Part shown: one piece after another, positions 1-13,977 of the stretch
How positions within the stretch are numbered: the first letter of the stretch is position 1
How the letters are laid out: the number at the start of each line of letters is the position of its first letter
From: Eledone cirrhosa
Taxonomy: Eukaryota
DNA length: 64,000 nucleotides
Assembly (NCBI GenBank): GCA_964016885.1
Contig: OZ024758.1
Span: 11,842,001-11,906,000 of the forward strand
Reading direction: 5' to 3'
The notes under the pieces: generated by a model
What the model was told of the DNA's origin: nothing
The model's database searches: none
What the model saw: only the letters and a program-made list of their open reading frames with translations
Position numbers and translations under genes: made by a program

Positions 1-1360
1 AAATAACAGAATATTCCTCATGCTGGTCATTAAATCTAAATGATATATATAGATTTTAGACTAACCCTATCTTACATTATTGATGTAACAAAATATTCCT
101 CTTTATAAAGCAGGAATGTAACGCTGTCCATAATATAAATGCGTCTGTAAAATTTATAAAAACTACGTTTCGTTCGATATAAATCAATGCATGATTTCCG
201 GATCAGATTAAATTAACAATTGTAAATTATATTATATAACAATTAGAATTATATATATTATTTATGATACAAACTGATAACTCAGAAATACTGTAGGAGA
301 TAAGGACAATATAAGCTGTTATCTCTCTCGATCTCTCTATTTATCTGTCTTTCTAGCTCTCAGTCGCTCTGCATGCCTCTCGGTTCGGTCTGTCTATCCA
401 TAATTTGCTTATTTATCTATCTATCTTCCCTTTGGAAAATAACTTTTACAAGATTCGTTTAGTTGGTTAACCAAATAAATCGTCTGAGAATGTTGGATCG
501 TTCATGATTTCGTACTAATAGTTGTGAGAATAGATAGATGATAGATGGGAGTTAGATGGAAGTTTCAATTTCACAAATGGCTTAGTGAAACTATTTGAGT
601 TAGGACAGGAGACAGAAGAAATAAATTAAAATATAGAGATAGGAGAATTAGACAGAAAGATGAGACGGAATCGGAGAAGCGGGAAGAAAGAGACAGGAAT
701 GGAGAAAAAAAAATGTCATATTAAGAAACTGTTATGAGTTTATTCGTATAAAAATGAGGGTGAGAATAAATAAATTAGTTCACTGCTTATTTGGAAGAAT
801 TGTAATAAAGTAACATTTAGACATTCCTGAACTATCTGAGAGGAAATTACAAGAGAATCCGAAGGAAAAATGGAGAAGAGACACGATTAATAACAATTTA
901 GCTAATAGAAAAATAAGAAAATAAATGACATAAGAATGAAAAAAAAAACCGATTCAATGGATTTAATGTGTTATGGTCTCACAAATCGAACAAAATATAC
1001 ATTAAAGATGCTATGATATAATAAGATAAAGTTATATTTCCGATATATAGTTTGGTGAAAGAATATAAAGATAAAATGAAAATAAAGAGAAATATGAAGA
1101 GTGGCGTGTCACGTCATTGAATGTGATTGTTATAAAGGTTATAATTATGATTGTTAATGCAGAAGCAAGTGCAATAAGACTGTTACCTAAAAGCAAATGG
1201 ACACCAACGGACATGCCAAATCCATTAAGTAGTGGAAATGATAAATTATTTCTCAAACTAGAAGACTGATAGACATAGCTTGGCTATGATAAATATTAAT
1301 TAGAGGTAGAATTGTTCTTAACTGGATAAAGTTATGATATAAATTTCAAATCTAATAATA

Positions 1361-1641
1361 TAATTGTTTCTACTTTTGTCACAAGGCCAGCAATTATCCA
1401 GAGTATCACTGGTACTTTATTTTATCGACTCCGTAAGGATGAAAGGCAAAGTTAACCTCGGCAGGATTTGAACTCAGACCATAAAAGGCCGTAACTCTTT
1501 GCTGCAAAGCATGGCGTCCGACCCTCTACCGATACTGCCAATCCACCGCCCTTGAAATCTACTAATATAATTGTTTCTACTTTAGGCACAAAGCCAGCAA
1601 TTACCCAGTGCATTACTGGTACTTTATTTTATCGACCCCGT
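1361..1641 (-). mobile_element. tRNA-derived SINE family A: one full copy (1361-1550) plus a 3' partial (1569-1641)
   Basis: Reverse complement of GGCGGTGGATTGGCAGTATCGGTAGAG (A box), GAGTTCAAATCC (B box), central GCCTTTCATCCTTACGGGGTCGATAAAATAAAGTACCAG, (ATT)n tail. Confidence 0.85.
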
Positions 1642-1659
1642 AATAATATAATGTCAATT

Positions 1660-1930
1660 AAGCGGTGGTTAGGTTGTTGGACGTACGAGCATAATGTTGT
1701 GGGTTCGATTCTTGAACCAGGTTGTGTGTTTTGTTCTTGATCAAAACACTTCAGTTTCATGTTACTTCAGTATACTCCGCTGGACATTATTACAAACAGT
1801 GGCTGGGGAGTTAACTCGGCAATAGAGAGGCAAGCTGTCCAAGAGGGGTGTCTTGTACTCTCAGGTGCTTAACATCTAAGAAACCAGAATAAGCTCCGGA
1901 CTGATGAGCCCCTATGTTCGAGACGTTTTT
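1660..1930 (+). mobile_element. tRNA-derived CORE-like SINE family B
   Basis: GTGGTTAGG A box, GGTTCGATTC B box, TGTTCTTGATCAAAACACTT resembling the CORE motif; tail similar to 13241-13525. Confidence 0.7.
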
Positions 1931-2037
1931 AATATCAATCTGTAGATTAAATTCAATGTAACATAATATAAATTTCCAGTCACACACACACAGGTAGAGA
2001 GAGATAGAGAGAGAGGTAGAGAGAGATAGAGAGAGAG

Positions 2038-2117
<80 letters not shown>

Positions 2118-2743
2118 TTCTATATTTATAATTTATAACATTGCACCGAATGCTAAATTTTGCATTTTCGAAAGAAATATTTTATTTCGGGATTTGATTT
2201 CTAAGAAAAATTTCTTCGTTCTTATACCAGTATATAAATATACAATGATTTGAAATGACTTCTGTTCTTTATTTTTAAATGTCAAATATTTGTTTAATAT
2301 CTCGTTTATTAAAAGTAAACAGATTTTAAATATCTTCATTTTCTGCTCTGTTGATTCCATCTTTCCATCATCTACATTATTTAACGTAATTGCATTTCGT
2401 TGTTATACGATGGTGGATTGAATAAAATACTTTATCATCACCACAAGAAAATAGTGTGTGGTATATAGAGTGTCTGATGTTATATAGTGTGTGATGATAT
2501 ATAGAGTGTTGTTTTATATATAAATATTCTGTGTTTATGAATTTGAGTAACGATGGTTTTATATATATATATATATTAATATAAAACCATCGTTACTGCT
2601 TTCGTTTATTTATCAAATATTTCTTAATAGAAGACCTTTATTCTTATAGCCTGGTCTAATTGATTTTTTATGTGGTTAATTATGCTAATTGGGAGAGGAA
2701 ATAGTGTATATATTTTATCAAATGATTCTATGGACATAATTTA

Positions 2744-2777
<34 letters not shown>

Positions 2778-2864
2778 CAAAATTCGGACGACTGTCTATC
2801 TATCTATCTATCTATATATATATATATATAGATAGATAGATAGACAGTCGATCGAATTTTGTCA

Positions 2865-3060
2865 AATCGAACCGAGGAGACAATGTTTCTGTTGGTGTTT
2901 CCAATTGCTAATACTCTGTATAGGTCGCACAGCCAGGTAGAAGGAGCAACGTGAAATAAAGTGTCTTGCTCAATGACATAACGCATCGCCCTGTCCAGTA
3001 ATCGAACTCATAACCTCACAATTGCAAATCCAATTCTCTTACCATTCAACCACGCGCCTT
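2865..3060 (-). mobile_element. CORE-like SINE family B (alternative tail)
   Basis: Reverse of A/B boxes plus TTGAGCAAGACACTT; closely matches 38530-38739. Confidence 0.7.
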
Positions 3061-4100
3061 CAATTATATATATATAATTGAAATTCTCTTTTTTACTTTA
3101 ACATTGCCTCATATTTTCTTCCGTAAAGTTGAGTATATTCTGAATTTACATGTATACCCAGAGCTTAGCATTGTGATTCGTTTCATAAATAATGTAGAAG
3201 AAATCCATATTTTTTTAAATGTCAATATAAAATATCACTCTTAATGTTTCAAATATGTCTCAACGCTTCCCATTAAAGCCTCCTACTCCAATATCACTGT
3301 AAAATACTTTTAATGCATAAAATCTTCAAAGATCAAATGCTGGAAGATGTGTTTTGGATATGTTCTCTATTTTATTCTCTTTTAATATTACTATGTATAT
3401 TTTTGACAACAGAAATGGAAAACAATCGAATGTTTCGTGTCAATGAAACTCCAAAATTTTATGGGAAATAATTCTAGAAATATATTCGAATCGTACATTT
3501 GAATTTGACCATTAATTTCTGTTGTATTTCTATATAAAATGCCATAAAATTTATATACCCTATTCCATGTAGATTCATGATTATTACATTGCTGTTCAAA
3601 CAGTTTTCAAAATATAAGGGAATAGTTTGCAATAGCGTTCGACCTATATCCAATAATATGTTTTCAATTCCTGCTTTGGTATTTATGCATAAACTCTTAA
3701 GAAAAGTGACAATGAATTACATAAATTAATTTTAAGTACTGAAATCTAATTTTATTGAGTATAGGTAGAACAATTTCAACATCAATCAAATAATCATATA
3801 GCGGGTATATTATAAAAAAGTTGAGCTATCCGTTCTATAAATTCCTACAGAAATGTAACTCGTTCCTTTTGATCTGCTCTCAGTTCTGTCATTTATTTGA
3901 AAAACTCCAATTTTCTGCTGTTGCGGGTTTTCACGCAGAATTTCACACACATATTCAAATATTTCTACTGAAATTGCGACTTAATATTTTTTCTAAAGAG
4001 GCACAACTGTTTGTTACAGACGTATGTGTTGTATCAAATACTTACTGTTTCTAGATATGACATCTTTCATATAATGTGATTATAATATATGTCCATATAT

Positions 4101-4311
4101 GGCGGTGGATTGACAATATCGTTAGAGCGTCAGGCAGCCTTCTTTGTAGCAGACAGTTACGGCCCTTTACGCTCTGAGTTCAAATCCCGCCGAGGCTAGC
4201 TTTGCCTTTCATCCTTACGGGGTCGATAGAATAAAGTACCAGTAATACACTGTTGTTCATTTAATCAATTTTCCCATCCCCTAATTGCTGGCCTTGTGCC
4301 TAAATCAGAAA
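4101..4311 (+). mobile_element. SINE family A (long form)
   Basis: A box, B box, central domain and the extra C-rich 3' segment. Confidence 0.85.
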
Positions 4312-5479
4312 TCCTTATTTAAAGGATTCGTTTGTGTTTTCTGCACTGTGGAGTAGCATAAATATATTCCAAACATCCATATAAGGAGGGATGTGTTGAT
4401 ATTTAAACTCAATTTTTTCCTTAACCAGATGGAAAAATATACAAATATCAACCTTGATACTATTTGAACAAATATTCTATCACAAAGTAACTAAGACTCT
4501 TTGCCAAATATCATATACTGCGCTCAATCAATTGTTAAAAAGTGTATATTTTAATATATAATATATAAAAGAAAATATTAAACTCTTCATATTATTTAGA
4601 GAAATAAACAACATCCAATCTTAGTGAAGTTTAGTTCTTTGATCTTCGATGTCATAATCATAACCCAAATAAATGCTGTGTTAACGGCAGTAGAATTAAT
4701 TTTTATTTACTTTCTACTTGAAAGTGAATAGAAAAAAAGTTATATATTAAAGCAGCATTTTTACTTTAATTATTAAAACAAAATTGAACAAAAAAAGAAA
4801 CATTTCAAACAAGATATATGTATTTTTCTCTGATCTTGCATAGACAGAGAACAACGTAAGTAAACACGACTGTAATATCGCAAAGGCTGGAGTTATACCA
4901 TTAATCAAAAAAATATGTGATGACTGACGCTTTAAAAATTATTGATTTTGTTCATTTGTCAGAAGAAAAAATAGAAATTACTTGTTACATTTTAGAAAAC
5001 ATTAACGATGAAGGTGTGTACAAGCATTAATCTAGTGAAATTTGTATGCTAAGTAAAGATCAGATAAGATAAGAAGACCAAATATCACGAGAAATCAAAG
5101 ACGTATTATATATTATATAAGAAAGCATTCAAAATATCAGAATAACTGCGTCAAAGAAATCAATATAATACCAACTTAAACACACATTTCTGTTTATTTA
5201 AATATAACTAAGGTTGATATAACCACATTATAAAGGTTGTAATCATTACATAAATTAAATGTTTCTAAGTTTGTTCAGGGGGAAATATATAAGTATATAA
5301 ACTAGAGATGTATTAATAAAATTTAAAGTTTTAGAAATTAGAGAATTTCTGAGAGAATACATTTGTTTACAACGTAGTTTCTACAGGAAAAAAAGATTAT
5401 TTTTCAAACTCCGTAATACAACATATTTTCCTATTCTTTTTTCTTTCGTTTCCTTTTCTTTTTTATTATTATTGTTAAA

Positions 5480-5865
5480 GGCGGTGGATTGGCAGTATCG
5501 GTAGAGGATCGGACTCCATGCTTTGACGCATAGAGTTACGGCCCTTGCCATTCTGAGTTCAAATACCGCCGAGGTTAACTTTGCCTTTCATCCTTACGGG
5601 GTCGATAAAATAAAGTACCAGTAATGTACTGGGTTATTGCTGGCCTTGTGCCAAACGTAGAAACAATTATTATTATTGGTGGATTGGCAGTATCGGTAGA
5701 GGGTCTGACGCTATGCTTTGACACATAGAGTTACTGCCCTTGCCATTCTGAGTTATAATCCCGCCGAGGTTAACTTTGCCTTTCATCCTTACGGGGTCGA
5801 TAAAATAAAGTACCAGTAATGTACTGGGTTATTGCTGGCCTTGTGCCAAACGTAGAAACAATTAT
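5480..5865 (+). mobile_element. SINE family A, two head-to-tail copies
   Basis: Copies start at 5480 and 5678 with near-identical 3' halves. Confidence 0.9.
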
Positions 5866-6302
5866 TATTGTTATTATTGTTGTCGTGGCGAGTCTGCTCC
5901 GAGTGAACGGACCCGCTCCGAGTATGCCGCCTGTATACTGATGAGTGGGAGAACTGAGAGAGGGGGCGTGCCCTCGGGGGTCAGGGTAGCCGTTGTCTTT
6001 TGTGTGGTTTTCACCACGATTGACCCACGGAATTCCCCCCCCCCCCCATCACACCATTGGGGGAATTTTTGTTGTTTGAAATTTTTAATTTGTTTACGTT
6101 ATTTTTTATTATATCCTTTTGTTTACACGGCCCAAACCCACTCTATATCGTCCTGTACCGTTCTGTTTCGTCTGTAATGTCTTTCTTCACCTCAACCCTT
6201 GTGGCCAATACATTCTCATCGGAGACTATGCGTTAAAATGTTTTATTTTAGATATTAGGATTGACCATATTTTGCATGCCTGTATATATATATATATATA
6301 TT

Positions 6303-6393
6303 CAGGGTGTCCCAAAATAATGTATACACATTTTGATTACCTGTAGAGGCAATATTTATGAGAATGGTGTATAGATATTTTGGAGGCACCCTG
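6303..6393. mobile_element. Short Tc1/mariner-type MITE (CAGGGTG...CACCCTG)
   Basis: Imperfect TIRs of about 25 bp in a TA context; relatives at 16859, 19344, 47080, 50219 and 50362. Confidence 0.7.
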
Positions 6394-6428
6394 TACAGAC
6401 ACACACACTCAAACACACACACACACAT

Positions 6429-6475
<47 letters not shown>

Positions 6476-6533
6476 CCGTTAGAAGAGCATAGGCATATAT
6501 ATATATTTTTATAATAAAATGAATATATATATT

Positions 6534-6566
<33 letters not shown>

Positions 6567-6685
6567 GCCTATGCTGGTCTTTAAAGCGATGAAATACCAA
6601 TGATGGTTGGAAGATCCCTGATGAAGGACTAACTTTATTCATATGTAACTCATTAGCAACCCCGCAGCACGTTTATTCTCATATT

Positions 6686-6720
<35 letters not shown>

Positions 6721-6779
6721 ACACACTCACATATATATATTTATTCATACTTATTTATCCATGTATATGTTCTGAGACG

Positions 6780-6824
<45 letters not shown>

Positions 6825-7392
6825 GTACGTATGTTGTTGCATAGAAATACGATAGGGATATATTGTAGATCTGCTGTCCATGGTCGAGTAGACTCGGCAA
6901 ATATATAAAGTGAAGCAGATGGAAAATGAATGGCTCTTGAAAACCACTGGGACATAATAACTAATTTAAATGTTGTTGTTATATTCTCAGTCGACAGAAA
7001 AACTAATGTATAAACATTAATAGACACCCACAACTATCGAAAGCAACTAAGAGTATATCTACGTATATATGAGCATGTGTGTGTGATTGTGTGCGCGTGT
7101 GTGGTGTGGTTGGTGTGTGCGTGTGCGTGTGCGTGTGTGTTGTGTGTGTGTAAGGGGGGAAATGGGAAATGAAGACCCAACCTTACAGGAACCTTCACAG
7201 ATGCACACCCTGAAAAAAATACTGAACTGCATTCTGATTAAAACTTCGTAAACTCACACACAGTCCTCCATTGTCAGACACACACGCACGCACACACCCA
7301 TCCTCTCTTCCTCTCGCTAACACACAGACACATACATGCATATATGCATACATATATATAAGTCTGTCTAAATGTATGTATCTGCCCCTCTT

Positions 7393-7454
<62 letters not shown>

Positions 7455-7573
7455 GGTAAATATTGATGCAATTCAATTCAAGCACTCAACGTACTTTTTC
7501 CACATAGGAGTGACGGAGTAAATATCGAATAAGTAAAAGCGAAGTAGTTTCAGATGTTCAAGTTCTTTAATAA

Positions 7574-7722
7574 TAATTGTTTCTACTTTTGGCACAAGGC
7601 CAACAATTACCCAGTACATTACTGGTACTTTATTTTATCGATCCCGTAAGGATGAAAGGCAAAGTTAACCTCGGCGGGATTTGAACTCAGACCATAAAGG
7701 GCCGTAACTCTTTGCTGCAAAG
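7574..7722 (-). mobile_element. SINE family A, 5'-truncated
   Basis: Central domain and B box present; A box missing. Confidence 0.85.
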
Positions 7723-7851
7723 TCCTTTAATAATAATGCTGTGATATATATTTCAATGACGACACTGGCCACACTGTTCTGTGTGCGAGTGTCGTGACAT
7801 CATCAGACTGCTTGTTACATAATAAGGTTGTTTCCGAGGCAATCCAAATTG

Positions 7852-7913
7852 AATCGACATGGGAACGGATGAAGTTCGTGCTTTTGGGTTTTTCATCCGT
7901 TCCCATGTCGATT
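7852..7913. repeat. Perfect 22-bp inverted repeat, 18-nt loop
   Basis: aatcgacatgggaacggatgaa / ttcatccgttcccatgtcgatt. Confidence 0.92.
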
Positions 7914-7982
7914 TATTGAGTGCTCTATATCAGTTATAAACTTTTAAGTTTGTTGGAATCCAAACAAATTAAATATAACGTC

Positions 7983-8058
<76 letters not shown>

Positions 8059-8140
8059 TAGATATAAAGAGGGGCAGATACATACATTTAGACAGACTTA
8101 TATATATGTATGCATGTATGTATGTATGTATGTATGTGTC

Positions 8141-8180
<40 letters not shown>

Positions 8181-8220
8181 TGTGTGTGACTGTCTGTGTG
8201 TCTGATTATGGGTGACTGTG

Positions 8221-8253
8221 TGTTGGTATCTATGTGTTGGTGTGTATGTGTTG

Positions 8254-8315
<62 letters not shown>

Positions 8316-8590
8316 CACTATATCTACATGTATCTATGTGTTTGTATATATGTGTTGGTGTGTATGTGTTCGTATCTATGTGTTGGTGTGTATGTATTGG
8401 TGTGTATGTATGGGTGTGTATGTATTGGTATCTATGTGTTGGTATCTATGTGTTGGTATCTATGTGTTGGTATCTATGTGTTGGTATCTATGTGTTGGTA
8501 TCTATGTGTTGGTATCTATGTGTTGGTATCTACGTGTTGGTGTGTATGTGTTGGTGTGTATGTATTGGTGTGTATGTATTGGTGTGTATA
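8221..8590. repeat. 14-bp minisatellite (TATCTATGTGTTGG)n and variants
   Basis: Direct tandem repeats, purest at about 8427-8540. Confidence 0.9.
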
Positions 8591-8819
8591 TAAGTAAGTA
8601 TCTATGTGTAACAATGTGCGTTTTTACAGCACCATCTGGAGTTCTTATGTTCAGCTGTATGTGTTGTGTACTTCTCTAAATTGTGTTATTAACTTAGGTA
8701 TTATATCCTACAGATTTTATGTTGTATGTGTTATATTATTATATTTTATCAGAAGCTTATTACACAGGGTATCTTCTTTGTGTGAACATTCTATTTCCTA
8801 TCAACTACAGAATCGATGA

Positions 8820-9050
8820 TATCTTATGCAGTGTGAGGGCTGATCGTAACTGAGATATTTTCTGTTTAGTGTGCAATATTTGGCGGCCTATTATGGCTTC
8901 TATGTCTTAATCTTATATTTATCATATCTGATGCTTCCATTACTATTGTCATGTATCTTATTTTTTTACCTTAACGCTCCACGTCTTTTATAAGATCAGA
9001 ACCGTCTTTTGTTCCACTCCAATATTATATATCGATAGTTTGCTTTTATC
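8820..9050 (-). mobile_element. Decayed 3' end of an R4/Dong-like (restriction-like endonuclease) non-LTR retrotransposon
   Basis: Minus-strand translation KQKISQLRSALTLHK resembles the C-terminal LQKxxLLGTAHILRK motif of this group. Confidence 0.35.
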
Positions 9051-9096
9051 TCTGTCAGACTATTATTATTATTATTATCATTATATTATTATCAAG

Positions 9097-9515
9097 GGCG
9101 GTGGATCGACAGTATTGGTAGAGGGTCGGACGCCATGCTTTCCAGCATAGTTACGTCCCTTTACGATCTGAGTTCAAATCCCGCCGAGGTTGACATTGCC
9201 TTTCATCCTTACGGGGTAGATAAAATAAAGTACCAGTAATGCACTGGAGTAATTGCTGGCCTTGTGCCTAAAGTAGAAACAATTATTATTATTATCATTA
9301 TTACAATTGTTACTATTATTAAAGGGTGATGGATTGGCAGCATCGGTAGAGGGTCAGACCCCATGCTTTGCAGCATAGAGTTACGGCCCTTTATGGTCTG
9401 AGTTCAAATCCTGCCGAGGTTAACTTTGCCTTTTATTCTTACGGGGTCAATAAAATAAAGCAGAAGTAATACACTGGTATAATTGCTGGTCTTGTGCCAA
9501 AAGTAGAAACAATTA
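9097..9515 (+). mobile_element. SINE family A, two head-to-tail copies
   Basis: Copies start at 9097 and about 9324, separated by an (ATT)n tail. Confidence 0.9.
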
Positions 9516-10354
9516 CTATTATTATTTATTAGTTTTTTTTAGCACTTGTCGCATTATACAGCTGTCACCATATTGTATTTAATATTTCCTTGCTATAGAA
9601 TATTCTACGCATATACTAAAAGTGTGTTGAATGCCAACAAACAGATTTATGAATATTACCACACAGTTGTTTTATTAATCCATCTTGAAATAATGTGATT
9701 CTTCTAAGGCGTTATTGATCACATCTAATTTGTATTCCTTTCTTTGTTGTTTCGATTGCTGCGCTACATATTAATATACATTGTTTACTTAGAATTGCTA
9801 TTCGATATAGAGTGAAATCAGTCTACTCTCAGACGGTTTTATCTGCGATGAGCGTGGAACGATTACACCATTCTGCGCGCATTCGTTCGGTTTTTAGAGT
9901 ATTGCTGAATTGTAAAGCTTCGTCGATCAACCGTATTTTAGTTTAAGACGATTCTGGCTCTCGCCTGATTCAATTGAGAAAATCTGCTTACTGTCTGCTT
10001 TCGGTGAGACTAGGCAGAGAGTTTACTGTGTCAGTAGCTGTAGAAAAATAGGTTGGTGGAGCAAACAAATGAACTAATGGTAGAAACATTTCTCTTCAGC
10101 GAAGCCCTCATTAATGTTTTCAATTTCCCTCGGAAAGGAAGCCAAGAATAGAATGGGAAGTATACACCTCTTCCTGTGCAAAGTATTTAAGTATAAAAAT
10201 ATGAACTATGGGGTCTAATTGGGCAATGGTGGTAGGGATAATATAATAGTATATTAAATATTAAATGATACATATTATTATATATAAATATATTAAAATA
10301 CAAAATATATAATATTTATTCATACATAGTATATATTATATTATTATATATAAA

Positions 10355-10543
10355 GGGCGGAGATTGGCAGTATCGGTAGAGAGTCGGACGCCATGCTTTC
10401 CAGCATAGTTACGTCCCTTTACGGTCTGAGTTCAAATCCCGCCGAGGGTTACTTTGCCTTTCATCCTTACGGGATCGATAAAATAAAGTACCAGTAATGC
10501 ACTGGGTTATTGCTGGCCTTGTGCCTAAAGTAGAAACAATTAT
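10355..10543 (+). mobile_element. SINE family A
   Basis: Full-length match to the other copies. Confidence 0.9.
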
Positions 10544-12505
10544 TATATATAAATTGACGATTTTATTTATTATATATAATTTACAATCCATGAGGGTGGC
10601 CCCAAAAGTTAAAGGACCTAAGAGGACGAAAATCAAATGTTCAACAACAGTAAGCTAGCCGAGAAGGAATCATTTTCAACATTGATGAAAACATGATAGA
10701 GAAGACTATAAAAAGATTAATATATTTGCGAAATATATTTTCTAGTCAATTTAAGTGGGGTTGCAAATATCAAAAGCTCAGTTTAATGAATTGTGTAACA
10801 TTAATAAAAGACAACTATGTTAATATAAACACAAACAAGTCAAATATTTGAGGCATCTGTAAGCTCTCGGCTGACATATGGAGTAGAATCCTGGTTTCAA
10901 AATGAAATTGAAATACGAAACGTAGAAGCATACTCGCTTCAATTTCAAGTAAGCATGTTTAAAGGGGTGGGGCAGAGTTAGTTGTCATGAAGGAGAATAC
11001 AATTGTTTATAGACGAATATCGAAATACAAAATAATATCAAGACACTCACTTACGAAACTTATCTATGCACAAAGCCTTCTAGTATATCAGAAATATGCA
11101 TCGAGCAGAATATAGATTATAAACAAATAAATTGTTTGTAAAAGCAATGAGAATATATTATCAGGATCTATATTTGAAGTATTGCAGACTTCCTAAACCT
11201 TATTGTTGATGACACTAAGAATTTAACGATGAAGATCTGAGTAAGCTAACTTAACTAATGAAAGAAACTTGCCTCAATGACTTTAACAAATGTGATACTG
11301 GATCTCTTGGAAATGAATCTTCTACCACATGTCAGTTTTGTCTTCGACTTCTTCATACCTTTCCTTAACGATCACTCAATATTCATTGTAATATCGAATA
11401 GGTCCACAAATTCCATTATCCAACAGCAGGATCATAGAATAGGCTTTGTATAATCAATCCACAACATGAGCAAGCTGGCTTTTCTTTTAAAATCCGTAAG
11501 TATTGTTGTGTATCAAAATATGATCCTGGTGCCTCAACACTTACATTTGCTCCATTTCTGCTCATTAGCCGAATTACATTTACTTCAAGATGCCTTCACA
11601 TCGAATCTACAGTTATTCCAGTCAATAACTCCCACATAAGTAGTAAGAGTTATATTAGCCTGTAGCTGTCTACTACCACATTCTCATTTTGGTTTTGTCT
11701 TTCAAGCTAAACATTTCCTGACAATTTACAGCCACTCCAGTATCATTTGGTCAGCATTTAACAATGAGTTGATATTTTCCGCTATACTTACATGACATGT
11801 GTTAAATCTTCTGAACTTTATTTGTTCCCGGAGACTATTAATTCCTCCTCTTTCCATTGAATATATATACGTAACTAATTGAAATATCTAATTCTTTCAG
11901 CTGTCTTCTCATGCTTTATCATCAATATTCAGCAGCAAAAGATCATACAATACTACCCCCTCATTATCCTATCTTACTTTACTTGTGTTATGTCACGATG
12001 TAAGCAAGTTCTAAGATAACTCGTTTCTCCCACGTTATATATACGTTGTTCCAAACGTTCTTATGTAATCATGGATGCTTTCCCCCTTAAGCTGTTCAAC
12101 GTATATGTGATTTTTAGCAATATTGAAGTTTTGTGATAATATACATATATGCATATTACAATGCAGTACAGTATTATCAATACTTCTAGTGGCAATATTC
12201 AGCATGTACAACGTTATTGATCAGAACTAGTCTGTAGTATTGTGGTTTAGTTACTGCAGTTGTAGAATTTAAGCTAATGCGTGGGCGTACAATTCATATC
12301 ACATTTAAATGCATCTAACACAAGTATAAATATAATCATATATTCAAATAATAATCGTATTTGAGTCAATAGATTTTGCTCATGTGGAATATATAATATA
12401 CGACACTGGATACGTTAGCGCCGAAAATAATAATAAAAGCAAGACGCGCGCACATACCTATTTCCACTTGGATACACACACAGCACCCACTTCCTTGTAC
12501 ATACA

Positions 12506-12561
<56 letters not shown>

Positions 12562-12572
12562 GAAACCTTCAC

Positions 12573-12614
<42 letters not shown>

Positions 12615-13240
12615 TAAATTCAGCGAGAATCGCATTTCGGCGGGTAGAAAAGGCGAAACGAAACGCAAAATCAGAGTTATGCGGGCAAGCGCTCTATAGT
12701 TAAAACCCAGAGTTAAACATATGTTAAAACGCCATACAAACTAAAAAAGTGGTCAAGAAGGCATTAACCACCTAAGCCAAAAAATAAGTCAAGCTAAACA
12801 GGTCAAACAAAATAAATGATAAAATCATATATATATACATATACCCCCCCCCCCCCCACGCCCACATATATATATATATATATATATATATTTCATTTAT
12901 ATATATATATATATATATACATATATACACATATATAGAAGCATATATATTTGTGTGTATTGCTGTAAACCAGTTCATGAGGATACATCAGCTTAGGTCA
13001 AACATATTACATCTATGCGTAGTCATCGATAAAATACGATCTAAATTAAAGAGGAACCGGGATGGATATGATCGATTAAAACCTCTGATGGTCTTGCTAT
13101 ATCATCGATACGGTCCAATCACCGTGAAGGGTAGAATATTCATGTAATATCTTAGTGAGAAACTCATTGACGCACAGGCAGTGTGAGTAGGTGGATAACT
13201 AATATTATGACGTATATATTCCACCTTAGCCATTATACAC

Positions 13241-13525
13241 TGGAGGCGTGTGGCCTTGTGGTAAGGATGTGGGACTTACGATCATGATGTCGTGGGTTCG
13301 ATTCTTGGACTCGGTTGCGTGTTGTGTTCTTGAGCAAAACACTTCATTTCACTTAGATCCAGTATACTCAACTGAAAGCGAGTACTAGCAATAACTGAGA
13401 GTTTAATCCTATGATGGACTGGCATCATGGGCAAGGGGAAATCTTGTAGTCTCAGTCGCATCACGCCTGGAAACCGGGATAAGCATTGACCTAACGGGCC
13501 TTAAATGGCTTAAGACAGATTTAGA
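13241..13525 (+). mobile_element. CORE-like SINE family B
   Basis: GGCGTGTGGCCTTGTGGTAAGG...GGTTCGATTC...TGTGTTCTTGAGCAAAACACTT. Confidence 0.75.
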
Positions 13526-13528
13526 CCA

Positions 13529-13946
13529 TAATTGTTTCTAATTTTGGCACAAGGCCAGCAATTAACCCAGTGCATTACTGGTACTTTATTTTATCGACCC
13601 CGTAAGGATGAAAGGCAACGTTAACCTCGGTGGGATGTGAATTCAGAACATAAAGAGCCATAACTCTCTGCTGCAGAGCAAGGTGTCTGACGCTCTACCG
13701 ATACTGCCAACCATAATTGTTTCTACTTTTTGGCACAAGGCCAGCAATTACCCAGTGTATTACTGGTACTTTATTTTATCAACCCCATAAGGATGAAAGG
13801 CAAAGTTAACCTCGGCGGGATTTGAACTCAGAATGGCAAGGACCGTATCTTGCCATTCTGAGTTCAAATCCCGCCGAGGGTTAACTTTGCCTTTCATCCT
13901 TATGGGGTTGATAAAATAAAGTACCAGTAATACACTGGGTAATTGC
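13529..13946 (-). mobile_element. SINE family A: one copy plus a fold-back (inverted-duplicated) copy
   Basis: 13529-13711 minus copy; 13744-13946 is a palindrome made of SINE sequence. Confidence 0.88.
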
Positions 13947-13977
13947 CAACCATACACTGGGTAACTGCCAACCATAA

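Noticed and set aside
1900-1927. CTGATGAG...CGAGAC resembling a hammerhead
   Set aside because: GAGA instead of GAAA, poor stems, and it lies in the SINE B tail whose other copy (about 13490) lacks the motif.
4101-4195. SINE heads as functional tRNA genes
   Set aside because: A/B boxes are present but there is no cloverleaf, and each continues into a conserved SINE body and tail.
4920-4940. 13-nt match (ATGACTGACGCTT) to the 467-bp unit
   Set aside because: The match does not extend convincingly; compatible with chance.
6617-6660. CCTGATGAAGG Penelope-like word
   Set aside because: No downstream stem II partner or CGAAAC visible; at most a truncated relic.
11300-11960. Possible very old LINE remnant on the minus strand
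   Set aside because: Only vague resemblance; no motif I could read reliably.
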